From assembly GCF_963853765.1 (NCBI RefSeq), contig NC_088854.1:11904001-11968000 (forward strand): a DNA stretch of 64,000 nucleotides, written 5' to 3'. The notes below the pieces were generated by a model. The model was not told where the DNA came from. It did no database searches and worked only from the letters and a program-made list of their open reading frames with translations. Shown here one piece after another: positions 53,527 to 64,000 of the stretch. Numbering within the stretch: the stretch's first letter is position 1; every line of letters begins with the position of its first letter. The position numbers and the translations under genes are program-made. The stretch is from Magallana gigas. Its lineage: Eukaryota.

Positions 53527-53636
53527 TTTTTGTGGAAGTCATAAATTTCTTCTAGGTTACAGAAGATGATTTTATGTTTTCCCATTATGCCTGCAGGGAC
53601 ATTGTTGTCTGGTTCCATGGCTTCATTCAAATAAGT
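53527..53636 (-). CDS. TRIO: Trio exon, DH1
   Basis: TYLNEAMEPDNNVPAGIMGKHKIIFCNLEEIYDFHK. Confidence 0.95.
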
Positions 53637-53763
53637 CTGGGGGAAAATACATCATTTTACTGACAACAGTCATTTACTTTCATAGCATCTGTTACTTTTT
53701 TATTTCTTTCAAAAAACAAGATTTTAAAGCAACAACTAAGGCTACATGTTACTTCTCTCCTAC

Positions 53764-53830
53764 CTTGACGCAAACTTCTAAATCTTTGACATATGTTCTT
53801 TCTGTCTGTAAAAGTTCTGCCATCACAAAT
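53764..53830 (-). CDS. TRIO: Trio exon, DH1 (Rac/RhoG-type GEF1)
   Basis: FVMAELLQTERTYVKDLEVCVK. Confidence 0.95.
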
Positions 53831-54005
53831 CTTTGAAAAAAATAATCATAATTAGTTAAAATCTAAGTGCCAACATTTCATTCATAAAAAAATCTTTGCA
53901 TGTCAAAAACATGTTAGTCATGAATCTGTATGTCTGAATCTCAAGGGGGCAAAGATTGATATGTTGACTTGCTGGGACCTCAGTTTTGAATGAACTGTGT
54001 CTTAC

Positions 54006-54115
54006 TCTCTCTTCCTGGCTGATCTGCGTTTTTCCTCTGTCAGTTCTTTGGGAGCCTGATTCAGAACTTTGTCTTCCAGTGAAGAATCACTATGTCTCTG
54101 TTCTTCTTTTGGTTC
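54006..54115 (-). CDS. TRIO: Trio exon, linker before DH1
   Basis: EPKEEQRHSDSSLEDKV...EEKRRSARKR; ttgcag / gtaaga. Confidence 0.92.
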
Positions 54116-54287
54116 CTGCAAGGAATGTCAACAAATTTCAGAAATCAGATTAATAAATGCTTTCATAAAAATACTCTTTATTGGACAATGGGCAATCAAC
54201 TTTCTAATGAATTTTGCAATGAAATTTATTGTTACATAAATGTATCGAGATAGGAGGGACAATTGTTGTCTGTATACATACAGGCAC

Positions 54288-54470
54288 CTGTTCCTTGACT
54301 CCCAGCTTGGACTCCAACTTGTGTCTATATCTGTCCATGCGAGAGGAGAAGTCTTTGTACCGCTTGTCCACAGCTGTACACCATTGTCTGATGCTTGCTG
54401 CATGGAGGTTTCCCTTGGCCACAAATCCATCAGCGAGTTGTAAGAGTAAATTAACACTTTCTTTTGTATC
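54288..54470 (-). CDS. TRIO: Trio exon, last spectrin repeat
   Basis: DTKESVNLLLQLADGFVAKGNLHAASIRQWCTAVDKRYKDFSSRM...GVKEQ; tttcag / gtgcct. Confidence 0.92.
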
Positions 54471-54705
54471 CTGAAATCATGAGAAATGATACCTTGTTGT
54501 TCATTTGTTGTGAGATAAACATTTCCTACACTTTGTCTTACTTTTTAAATATATTTTAAGGGTTATAGAAATCTTTCATGTGATTAGAGTCATTTTTCCT
54601 TCAACATCTTTACAAAATAAATAATACAAATACTTTAATAAACACTATACGACAAGTTACAGTACTGTGGAGGTAGACAATATGATAGTATGGAAACTAG
54701 AGTAC

Positions 54706-54828
54706 CTTTGCCCTGGTTCTGAACTCGTAGTGCTCCTTCAGTAAGGTCTCTGTCTCCTGCTGATTGGAGCCCACAGTCTTGTGACTGTCCAGGTAAGCCT
54801 CCCCATAGTCACAGATCCAGTCTATGGC
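54706..54828 (-). CDS. TRIO: Trio exon, spectrin repeat
   Basis: AIDWICDYGEAYLDSHKTVG...LLKEHYEFRTRAK; gtacag / gtactc. Confidence 0.92.
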
Positions 54829-55050
54829 CTGTACACAGTAAAACAGTATCTTAGAGATCACACACTCATTTGAAATTGAGATTTGAACTATCATTTGAAG
54901 GAAAAATAAAATCATGACAGCACAGATATGTTCAAAGCATGTCATCCCATTGAGAAAATATCTCTCTCAGCTACCACTGCCAAAATTTTCTCTATTTAAC
55001 AATGTTTCAGTTAAAATTTCCGTGCTTATTTTGCATTTCCATAACCTGAC

Positions 55051-55166
55051 CTGTCTAGCACTCTGCTCAAACAGGATGTACTGGTGACACTGTTCCAGTT
55101 TCTTCTTCTTCTCTGTCCAGTTCTCCAGCACGTAGTCCTCTTGATGAAGTAACTGCTCCAGGCAAG
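55051..55166 (-). CDS. TRIO: Trio exon, spectrin repeat
   Basis: CLEQLLHQEDYVLENWTEKKKKLEQCHQYILFEQSARQ; atgtag / gtcagg. Confidence 0.92.
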
Positions 55167-55317
55167 CTACATTAAACAGTGATAAATCATTAAAAAATCA
55201 TTAAAAGTACTTAACTAGACTAAATATGAAATGCTTTTTTTCAACGAGGCAAAAACAGGCTAACAATTCCCAGTTTCCTCCTCACCATACTTGTGAGCTG
55301 ATGATAACCAGCCATAC

Positions 55318-55435
55318 CTTTGACATGTTTTCCTGGATCTGGTGTCCTGTATTTGATCTGAGCTCCAAATGTGTACAAGTTCCTGTTGACATACTTCAGG
55401 AAAGCTTCAGCAGTTCTTCTGGCCAGGGTACATGC
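55318..55435 (-). CDS. TRIO: Trio exon, spectrin repeat
   Basis: ACTLARRTAEAFLKYVNRN...PGKHVK; ttgtag / gtatgg. Confidence 0.92.
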
Positions 55436-55654
55436 CTACAAAAACAATTTAGTCCATTCTGATTAAAACACAAAAGCACCTTGTATAAGGTACCATTAAA
55501 AGACATTTCAATTTCATTTACAGTTTCAGTAAATTGCTTACTTGGTTTACTATCAAAAACTTCATTATCTTGTGAAATGCTTAATTTAATGAAATACTTC
55601 AATCTCAATCACACTATACACCTTCAAACACTACTTTTATGACATTGACCATAC

Positions 55655-55801
55655 CTTGAGGAAGGCCTCCTTCTGCTCATTGTGTTTGTTGATCAGCTGT
55701 AGGAGGAAAGCAGACTTTTCTCCAGCGGCCACTCGCTCGTTAGAACACCAGTCCTCGTCCCTTCTGTAGTCCCTCTCAAGACTCTCCAGCACTGACCACA
55801 C
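55655..55801 (-). CDS. TRIO: Trio exon, spectrin repeat
   Basis: VWSVLESLERDYRRDEDWC...KHNEQKEAFLK; ctgtag / gtatgg. Confidence 0.93.
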
Positions 55802-56196
55802 CTACAGACACAGGGCAACATCATACAAATATTGAGTGGGATTGAAATCATCATTGATTATATTAGCCCCCGGGGGATGAAATATTGCCCGACGCAAAGC
55901 TAATATTTCAATTATTCACTATTCATCTATATAGAGTTATATAGTGTAAATACTACTGAATATAACAATAATATACTTGTTATATCAAAAGTCATGTATG
56001 TTATGCATTATTGTAAATTATACATCTATCGCAGACTAGTGGTAGAATTTCAACGTTGTCAACATTTTTTTTTTTCAATTTAAAAATTCAACATTTTCAT
56101 AAAAGCAAAATTCATTCCCTTACAAAAAGAGGGAAAATGTTGATTTTATAGAAAACCACATTTAAAATTGCTTATTTCTTAGAGACTTGCCCTTAC

Positions 56197-56388
56197 CTGT
56201 TCAGCAGTTTTGTACCAGTTCATGGAGGCCATCACTAACTTGTGCCTCTCCTCTGTGTGGTACATGAGCTGCTGCCACGCTACTGTCACGTTCTCCGCAA
56301 TGGCTCGCACCAGGTCCGAGTTGTAGTGGTTGTTCTGAATCATATTCTCCGCCCGGTTTGTCACTTGAGCCATACTTATGTTGGTTTT
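56197..56388 (-). CDS. TRIO: Trio exon, spectrin repeat
   Basis: KTNISMAQVTNRAENMIQNNHY...SMNWYKTAEQ; ttatag / gtaagg. Confidence 0.93.
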
Positions 56389-57064
56389 CTATAAAATACA
56401 TAAAAATCATCATTTTATATGGAGTTAATAATTACCTTTAATAAGCTTATGAATGGAGATGAAGTGAAATCTTCACATCCAATTTCAAAATACATGTTTA
56501 TTTATTGGTAACAGGATAATCTAATTATTGACAAAAGACAATTAACAAAAATCTATGATCAATCTATTCATTTTACTGATTTCTAACATTCCAGGAAGAC
56601 ATATGATAAGAGTCAATTTTGGCCCCATACATCAACAATATTTCATTCATCTTACATTGAGGTTTTTTTCAGTTGACAATAGATATATTTTTTATCCCAT
56701 TGTGTCATTTGTTTGCACTCGATGACAATAGAATATAATGTTGGTTCAAGATTTAAGGAAAAACTGCTTGGAAAAAAGCACTGCTATGAAAAAATATTCA
56801 AATGGTGGGAAAGCAAAACTTTATGCCATATTTCTGAGCTGTGAGCATTTGGATCAAATAGGGAAAACAATCCACAAGATATCTGTGCAAAGTAATCCTA
56901 CATGTAAAATGTTAACTGAAATTAAAATGTTCCTTTAACAGGCCATTTATCATTCTTATAATGTACATTGTAAATATACTTAAAATTTTGAATGAATTTC
57001 TAAAGTTTTCAACATATCGAAATTACGTGACGTTCACACAAGTTTTCTAGGACTAACGACTCAC

Positions 57065-57184
57065 CTCAATAGCCAGCATAAACTGTTCGTGTTCCTTCCT
57101 CAACTGATCTGCCTCCATCAAGGAGTTCGGACAGATAAAGCTGCTGACCAACATAGATTTTCCGTTTTCTATCCAATAGATCAC
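57065..57184 (-). CDS. TRIO: Trio exon, spectrin repeat
   Basis: VIYWIENGKSMLVSSFICPNSLMEADQLRKEHEQFMLAIE; ttttag / gtgagt. Confidence 0.9.
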
Positions 57185-57391
57185 CTAAAATTCAAACCAA
57201 TCACTGAAATCAATCTAGATTTCTTGTAAAACAACTTTCTCTACATTCTGATCTGCCTCCATCAAGGAGTTCGGACAGATAAAGCTGCTGACCAACATAG
57301 ATTTTCCGTTTTCTATCCAATAGATCACCTAAAATTCAAACCAATCACTGAAATCAATCTAGATTTCTTGTAAAACAACTTTCTCTACATT
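57104..57391. repeat. Perfect 144-bp tandem duplication spanning an acceptor site and 81 nt of exon
   Basis: 57104-57247 is identical to 57248-57391. Confidence 0.95.
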
Positions 57392-58270
57392 AGGTTTAAC
57401 AAGCTCAGTGCAAGCACATTGTATCTTACTGCTCAATGTTCAATCTCCCAAGTATATTATTCTCAAAAACAATTCCGACGACCGCCAAAATCAAACTTAT
57501 TATGTTTAGTTTACCCGCCAATTTTATATTCATGGTTCTCAGCCAATGATATTCAGAGTTATAGTTAATCTTATCAGAAGAGAGATGTCAACATTCATTA
57601 CATCATTAACATGCATTCTGTTTACAATTACGACTGTCCACCAACTGCAACATGTGAGGATTTCAGTTTAGTTTGCCCGCCAAAAGCTAACTAATGAATA
57701 TTCACTATCATAATAACCAATCCGCTTCGCTTTCTTGCTATCATCAAAGACCATATGTCATTTCTATAGTCTTTGTCATTTACAGAGAACAAATCATTTT
57801 GGCGCTCAGATCCTTGCAATGTGTTTTTGATTGTTCATTTGTACATAAATGTTTCCTGGCTGAATTGCAAAACAAACAGATGCAATAAAACTCACTGTGT
57901 ATTCTGTAGTTCACTTATATACAGTGTATTCACCATTAAAGATAGCAAAAATTGCAATTTTCTGAGATGTTATATCAGACAGACTGTGAGACTGAAATTT
58001 CCCTCCAAAATATAAATGCTAAAATACTCATAAACTCCATAACTAAACAGATCCTCTGTCATTTGGATATACATGTACCGGTATATGAATTCCAAGAATT
58101 GACAGCAATAACTAAGCATCCCATTATTCAGAAAAAATTTTCAGTGTGATGTGTGATAGGTGATATCCTGTTCTTTGGATATGAACCCCATGAATTGATA
58201 CAAATGTACTACAAACTGATTTGGGATCTATATTTCAGTGTATGTTACAGTTGATTGTCCCTTAGCTTAC

Positions 58271-58453
58271 CTGTCTGGCCTCCACCTCAAAGTTCTGTAG
58301 CTGCACCCCCTGCTCCAGCCTCAGCCTCTTGGACTCGGCAATGGTCTCCAGATCCAGCTCTCGCTCTCTGAGGTACTCCATGAGCGCCTGGATTCTGGAC
58401 TGAGCGTCGTACTGAGGGTCAGCCATCAACTGAATCCCACTTGTTTCAAATAT
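58271..58453 (-). CDS. TRIO: Trio exon, spectrin repeat
   Basis: IFETSGIQLMADPQYDAQSRIQALMEYL...FEVEARQ; gtgtag / gtaagc. Confidence 0.92.
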
Positions 58454-59128
58454 CTACACAGAAAAGAAAAGCTCAACCTGAATTTGGTCTTGAACACAAT
58501 AAAATCCTCTACTATTGTATAATCCTGTTTTACAGATTATCATACAATATGGAAAAATATTCTTTTAGCTTACAAATTCTCTCAGTCTCTACCATATTAT
58601 TCACTATGCATTAAATGGAAATCTTCACATCCATCTCTTTGACAAACAACTGTACGACTAAAAAACTTTGTATATTTAGTAGATATCTTGAGTGATATCA
58701 TAGATGGGTGGGGACCCAAATGCATGGCACTTCCATACAGTACCATTACAATGTAATGCACTAAGTAAGTGGAAGTGTAAACAAAAATCCTACTTGAATT
58801 AAAGCCTAAAGTACTGGCAGTTTACAACATTCATATTTCAAATAATAATAAAAACACAAAGTTGTTAAACTTTTAAATAGAATTTCAAAACCAGTGCGAG
58901 GCCTCTTTTTTGATAAATGTCATGGTAATGATAATATGACCTGAACCTTGATCAAATGATCTCTGATCAGAATAAATGAAATATCCTTTGGTCATGATCA
59001 TGAGCTAAATAAATGTACATAAATTTGAACATTTACATTGGTAGCGAATCATTTTTATAGTCTCTTGGCTATACAGACCCAAAGACCCCTCCCTCAATTT
59101 TATTCCCCTGGTTTTACTCAAATCTTAC

Positions 59129-59290
59129 CTGTATGATATCTTGTCCCCTCTGGAGGACGTCAAATGTACAGTTCTGCATGTGTAGCACACTGTCATTATG
59201 GAGCTGGAGTTGTTGTTCTGACTTAGCTCCGTCGGACATCAAGTCTTGATGTTGAAGCTCCTCCGCCCATAGCTCCAGCTGAGCAGATAC
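59129..59290 (-). CDS. TRIO: Trio exon, spectrin repeat
   Basis: VSAQLELWAEELQHQ...FDVLQRGQDIIQ; gacag / gtaaga. Confidence 0.92.
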
Positions 59291-60055
59291 CTGTCATAGG
59301 ACAAACCAAAAAATGTCACCAAACTTATCTCAAAGATATCTCAAATGTACATTTTCAAAATGTATTTGTTTTGTTTATAATCAGTGTTTAAAGTTTTTGG
59401 TTTCTGCCCTTTCAAATCAATATTCAAATATTATCAAGTTTATAAATAATTCTTTTTGTTCCTCAAAGTTAACTAAAGTCTTCAATAGCTGTTACATATG
59501 ACTATAATAAGAGGACAATCCCGAAATAAATCTGAATTACACAGAATGCCAACTGTTACACACAAAAAGAAAATAATTTGTAGGAAGGGATTAATTACCT
59601 TTTTTTCTCTCAAATAGAAATCTGGCAGTATACCTTATTTTCTATACACAACCAAAAACTATGACAGGTTATAAAACAGTTTAAGTTCCATCTAGCACCA
59701 ACAGAATGGATTTAAATATATAATTTTTTACTCTTTTAAGCTTTGAAGGTGAGGTTTTCACTTAAATTGGGTTCAGTCAGGTAACAATATTTAAATAATA
59801 TTCTTTTTGGCCTAGTGCTTTATGTCAGATGTCCCATCAACACAATAGTGACAGTACAGTTAGACATAGTTATAGTGAAGTGTCAGCCTGGGATGACCAT
59901 ATTTGATTGGTGGAAAAAAGTAATTTATTAAATCCATAAAATTTACAATACATCTTTAAAAGATTTGAGAGAATGAAACCGACATTGCTGTAAGTGTGAA
60001 TTTGTTTTATTTATGTTCTGTATAACCATGTTTTACTGTAAACTTAGCTAAATAC

Positions 60056-60171
60056 CTCCAAAGCATCTCTCTCAAACAGTCTGAGCTGTAGACACAGGTC
60101 CAGCTTCATCTTCCTGTTGGCCCACAGTTCTTCTAGCTGGGTTCTACTGTCATTCAATTGCCTCAGGACAC
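60056..60171 (-). CDS. TRIO: Trio exon, spectrin repeat (phase 1 start)
   Basis: VLRQLNDSRTQLEELWANRKMKLDLCLQLRLFERDALE; ctgtag / gtattt. Confidence 0.93.
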
Positions 60172-62028
60172 CTACAGATTTTATTATACATCAATTTTCA
60201 ATAACAGTATTTTTAAAACTCAGGTGTTGTAACTCAAGTGTACCTTTAGGTGTTAAAATACTAATTGATGGTCTACAAAATCTGATCACCAGGTAATACA
60301 TTTCATCTCCAACCCCACTCCTCCAAAGTATTTTTAATGTTTTGAATTCAAATTTGTTTTTGTTTTACAAAGTTATAACATTGAAACAACACATCACATG
60401 TTGCACTTTTGTAGCAAAAATGAATCAAAGCATGTTGGAGACTGTTTATTAAACAAATCAAGGAACACAAGAAAAATGTTTACACTGACAGCTTGTTTGA
60501 TGCTACTATGATAAAACGCAAAAGGTATGATAGCTAACTCAACAATGCAGAAATCACTACAGATCATTAGTAGGTATGAAAACATATCTTTGAAAAATGA
60601 TATGAATGTTTATTGAAAACGGGAGTTATGAAACTATGTATTAAATGTGTACTCTGAGACAGACAGACAGATACACTGAAATTTATGAATTTGTTTACAA
60701 ATATCTCTAGCTTGAAATGAAGATATGCAGATAAAGACAGATTCTGGAATATAGTAGTTCTGATTGACTCCATGCACCTACAGAATTCCATTAATTTGTC
60801 ACTCATCTATTTATCTCACAGCCACAGAAGCACTTCCTTATCACAAAAGAGAGCATTAAATTCATTAAGGCAGGTCTTAATAACAAAGGCTGTCTGCCAA
60901 AGAAGGTTACATAATACAGAAAGATAATGCCAGTGGGAAATTGTTGAAACAAGATTGGCATGCATGAAATAATTATGTTTTCAAAAAACAAACTCTCTCC
61001 CCCCCCCCCCCCCCCCTCTTTCTCTCATGAATACACTATTAATAATTTTTTTCACTTCTCAATTGTACTCATTAATAATACATGCAGTTTGAAATCTCAG
61101 AAATCTCAGAACATTTATAGATAAGTATGACTCAAAAAGGACAAGGCCTACTTTGAATTATAGATAAATGACTATCACCTTTGTTTATATATGGTTCTCA
61201 ATTATTGATTATCTACCCTTGGGTTGGCCTCTCTAAATCAAATAGAAACACAATACCATTTTCTAGCAGAATGGACTTGCATGGGCATTGATTATCAGTG
61301 CTTTGACCATAAAGATAACCCAGACGGGGACTTCCTATGCCCAGAATACTCTAGATACTATGGGAGAGATCACCACTGATATCTCTTATTGGTTCAAGGG
61401 ACATCTGAAGCCAATCTATATTGAATCAGATACTAGGTTACCAATAATTGGTGATGTAATATTCAAGTTTATTTTGGAAAAGGGCAATTTAAAACACAAC
61501 CAAGAAAAATACCAATCCTGTCCGTTTGAGAAAAAGAAGTGATATGTACATCAATACATGTATTATTTATTAACTTTCTGCTACATTTATATAATTATTC
61601 AATGAAAAGAAATTTGGTAATGGATGTTTCTGATGCAATCTTGAAAGAAACATTACCAAGAAAACAATAACACAGTTCTAGAAAACTTCATTTGAGCTCA
61701 GCATCCAAAGAACATTGTAAACAACAAATGCTTTCACAGAGAAACGATGTGTAAGAAAAGAGGAGTTTTCCTTGCAAGAGAATGATAAGTGCATCTGAAA
61801 GTAATTACACCCCAGACTCAATAAAACAGCAAATTTTGAAAATTAAAACCACAAGGGATCAAACTGAGCCACAAGTACGTGAACAAGAAACCTAAAATAA
61901 ATTGGGTGTGTCCTTGACCTTCTGTTACTTTTGAATTTCTTTATACATGAATAGTGATATGACCTTAACCTTTGGCACTAGAATTTCTGTACATGACCTT
62001 AAATCTTTTGCACTAGAATTTCTGTATA

Positions 62029-62246
62029 CCTTGGAATCATTAAAATTCTCAGGGGCCAATTTTCGTGGATTCCTTAAAATTTACAAGTTTGTGGGGATGT
62101 AATTTTGTCTACTATATTATACCTACAAAAGGAAAAAGACTTTATAGCCCTAAATTATTAATTTGGAGGATGTAAATTCATGGATGAGAGATACCCATGA
62201 ATTCCACAAAAAAATTGAGCCACCACGAAATCTAATGATTCCACAG
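62029..62246. mobile_element. MITE with imperfect TIRs and TA flanks
   Basis: TA|CCTTGGAATCATTA ... TAATGATTCCACAG|TA. Confidence 0.65.
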
Positions 62247-62965
62247 TACCTGAGAAGAGATATGACCTTGACAGTCTGCAAAAGAATTTCCCTCTCAGCT
62301 TATTTACAATTTACATACAGTAGACACAATAAAAGTGAAACACTGTCAGTGAGGAGCATGCAACCACACATGTACTAACACTTGAGAGTGATACATGCAC
62401 TATCTCTTCCAGACATCACTATTTATTTCCTGGTTTTGTCCCACATACTGTGTTTTGGGGCACAGACCATAGACAGGTACAATAACATCTACACTGAATC
62501 TCCTGTCTATAGGTAACACTATCATCAGTGACCAAATGGGCTGGTCACCATGTAATTGGATTTTATAATGACATCCATTAACTTGTCATATAAAAGAGAC
62601 ACCCTACTCTCTTTAATGTTTATCTGACATGATGCTATTTTATAGATTGACAAAAACAACTGTGTTCAACTTGAAAACATACCGAAGTTTTAAGACTAAA
62701 AGTTCATAAACATCTGAAGAAGTTATGGGGGTTGGGGTGAGGGAGGGGGAATGATGGGGAGGAGTGGTTGTTTACATTGATGTGTACTTAACGATTGTGT
62801 GTGTGGAAGGGGGGGGGGGAGAGTGGGTAGGGTACATACAAGGAAATAAAGCAACTATATAACTTAATTCTACAGCAGTGAATCAAAATCACACGTTATA
62901 CTAAAAATTTAGCACAAAACATTATAAAACTATCATAGAACAATATGATATGACATTTAACTTAC

Positions 62966-63356
62966 CTTCAATATGTGTATAATCTGCATTCTGGTTTATC
63001 TTGTCTGGCTCAGCACTGAACACCCTACGAAAAACGTAAACAATAAGTTCCCACAGTTTCATCAGTCTTATCCATAGGAAAAGACACACCACTGCCACAA
63101 ATCGTAGAATTTTTGACACAATGATTAACATCATTAATACAAAGCTCATAATCTGCATCACAATGATGTTAAAATTTTGGTCTGGCATTTTATCAAAGAG
63201 TTTGCTTCGCCACTGGGTGAAATTGACCCTTCTTTGAGAAGGTCCTGGGGTCCAGGAATGTCGCCATGATTCCCTCCAAGAGCGACGCTGTCTTACTGGT
63301 ACACTCTCGGAATCGGACCCCGAGCGCCTTCTCGGGATAGGAATGTTAGATGGCAT
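62966..63356 (-). CDS. TRIO: Candidate alternative first coding exon of Trio encoding a basic N-terminus plus a ~48-aa hydrophobic segment
   Basis: 130-codon ORF after an in-frame stop. It ends at a consensus donor G|GTAAGT in phase 1, matching the phase-1 acceptor of exon 60171. Confidence 0.7.
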
Positions 63357-64000
63357 GATGGAATGTTTATTTTGAAATTTCAGGAAAAGTATTTCACTCT
63401 AATTCCATAGTATTTTTTAAATTCTTGACAAAATGTTCAAGAATTTCAACATTTCTTTATCGGTTGACATTCTGAATTGATTTGAGTTGCAGTAACATCA
63501 TGACAATAAGCTGGTCAACATCATAAGTGATTTTCTAAAATATAAAATTCTCCCCAACTTATTACACAAGTCTGCACAGATGAATGTACTTGTTCCTTCA
63601 TACACCATCGGACACAGAATATTGAGCTGCACTATGACTAATTTCCTTACATGTTTTCCCCACTTGACAAAAACTATGTGATTTCCCCTTTGTGATTACC
63701 ACATGCTTTCACTCAAACACCATCTCACAACCAGTGAGGCAGGAGAAATACACATCCCGGGGTCTCTATCATCTCATAACATGTACACAATAGGCACCAG
63801 GGACAGTTAACCCCGATGAATGGCCAGGCGTAACGACATCTCCTTATTTCTTAAATACTTTCACAGCGATTTCCATCAGACAAACACCTGATAATCCCAC
63901 CAATTTTATCCATATCCTTTATAACAATTAATGGAACGTTGGACTTTCCTCACAACACATCAACGAACCATGTGTCATTTGTAAACAATTCAAACATGGA

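Larger units (their letters stand above)
8032..60171 (-). other. TRIO: Trio/Kalirin-family multidomain RhoGEF gene (partial, 47 constitutive coding exons; Sec14 and first spectrin repeats lie beyond the window)
   Basis: 47 exons with GT-AG boundaries join in frame (total 6749 nt = 2 + 2249 codons including stop). Domain order is spectrin repeats-DH1-PH1-SH3-DH2-PH2-SH3-Ig-FN3-kinase. An invertebrate single-copy gene would be co-orthologous to vertebrate TRIO and KALRN; the FN3 domain is Kalirin-like. Confidence 0.95.

Noticed and set aside
61288-61542. 84-aa plus-strand ORF in a Trio intron
   Set aside because: No recognisable motif or splice signals; the length is within chance expectation.

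Overview
AT-rich eukaryotic genomic DNA, probably from a bivalve mollusc such as an oyster (inferred from the repeat families, not proven). It holds the terminal coding exon of a DUF229-family gene (+ strand, 1-831), lying tail-to-tail with most of a large minus-strand Trio/Kalirin-family RhoGEF gene. I traced 47 GT-AG exons of this gene by hand from 60171 to the stop at 8032; all phases join in frame (6749 nt). They encode spectrin repeats, DH1-PH1, SH3, DH2-PH2, SH3, Ig, FN3 and a Ser/Thr kinase; the Sec14-containing 5' end lies beyond the window. The large introns contain candidate alternative first and last exons that are phase-compatible with the core exons and encode possible membrane anchors: a long hydrophobic N-terminus, an N-myristoylation motif, a Cys-rich N-terminus and hydrophobic C-terminal tails. 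Two tandem duplications straddle splice sites: 7 x 56 bp over a kinase donor and 2 x 144 bp over a spectrin acceptor. A decayed copy of the kinase 3' end is split by a composite Helentron-like element, and there are several MITEs. The alternative exons are inferred from sequence alone and need transcript evidence.
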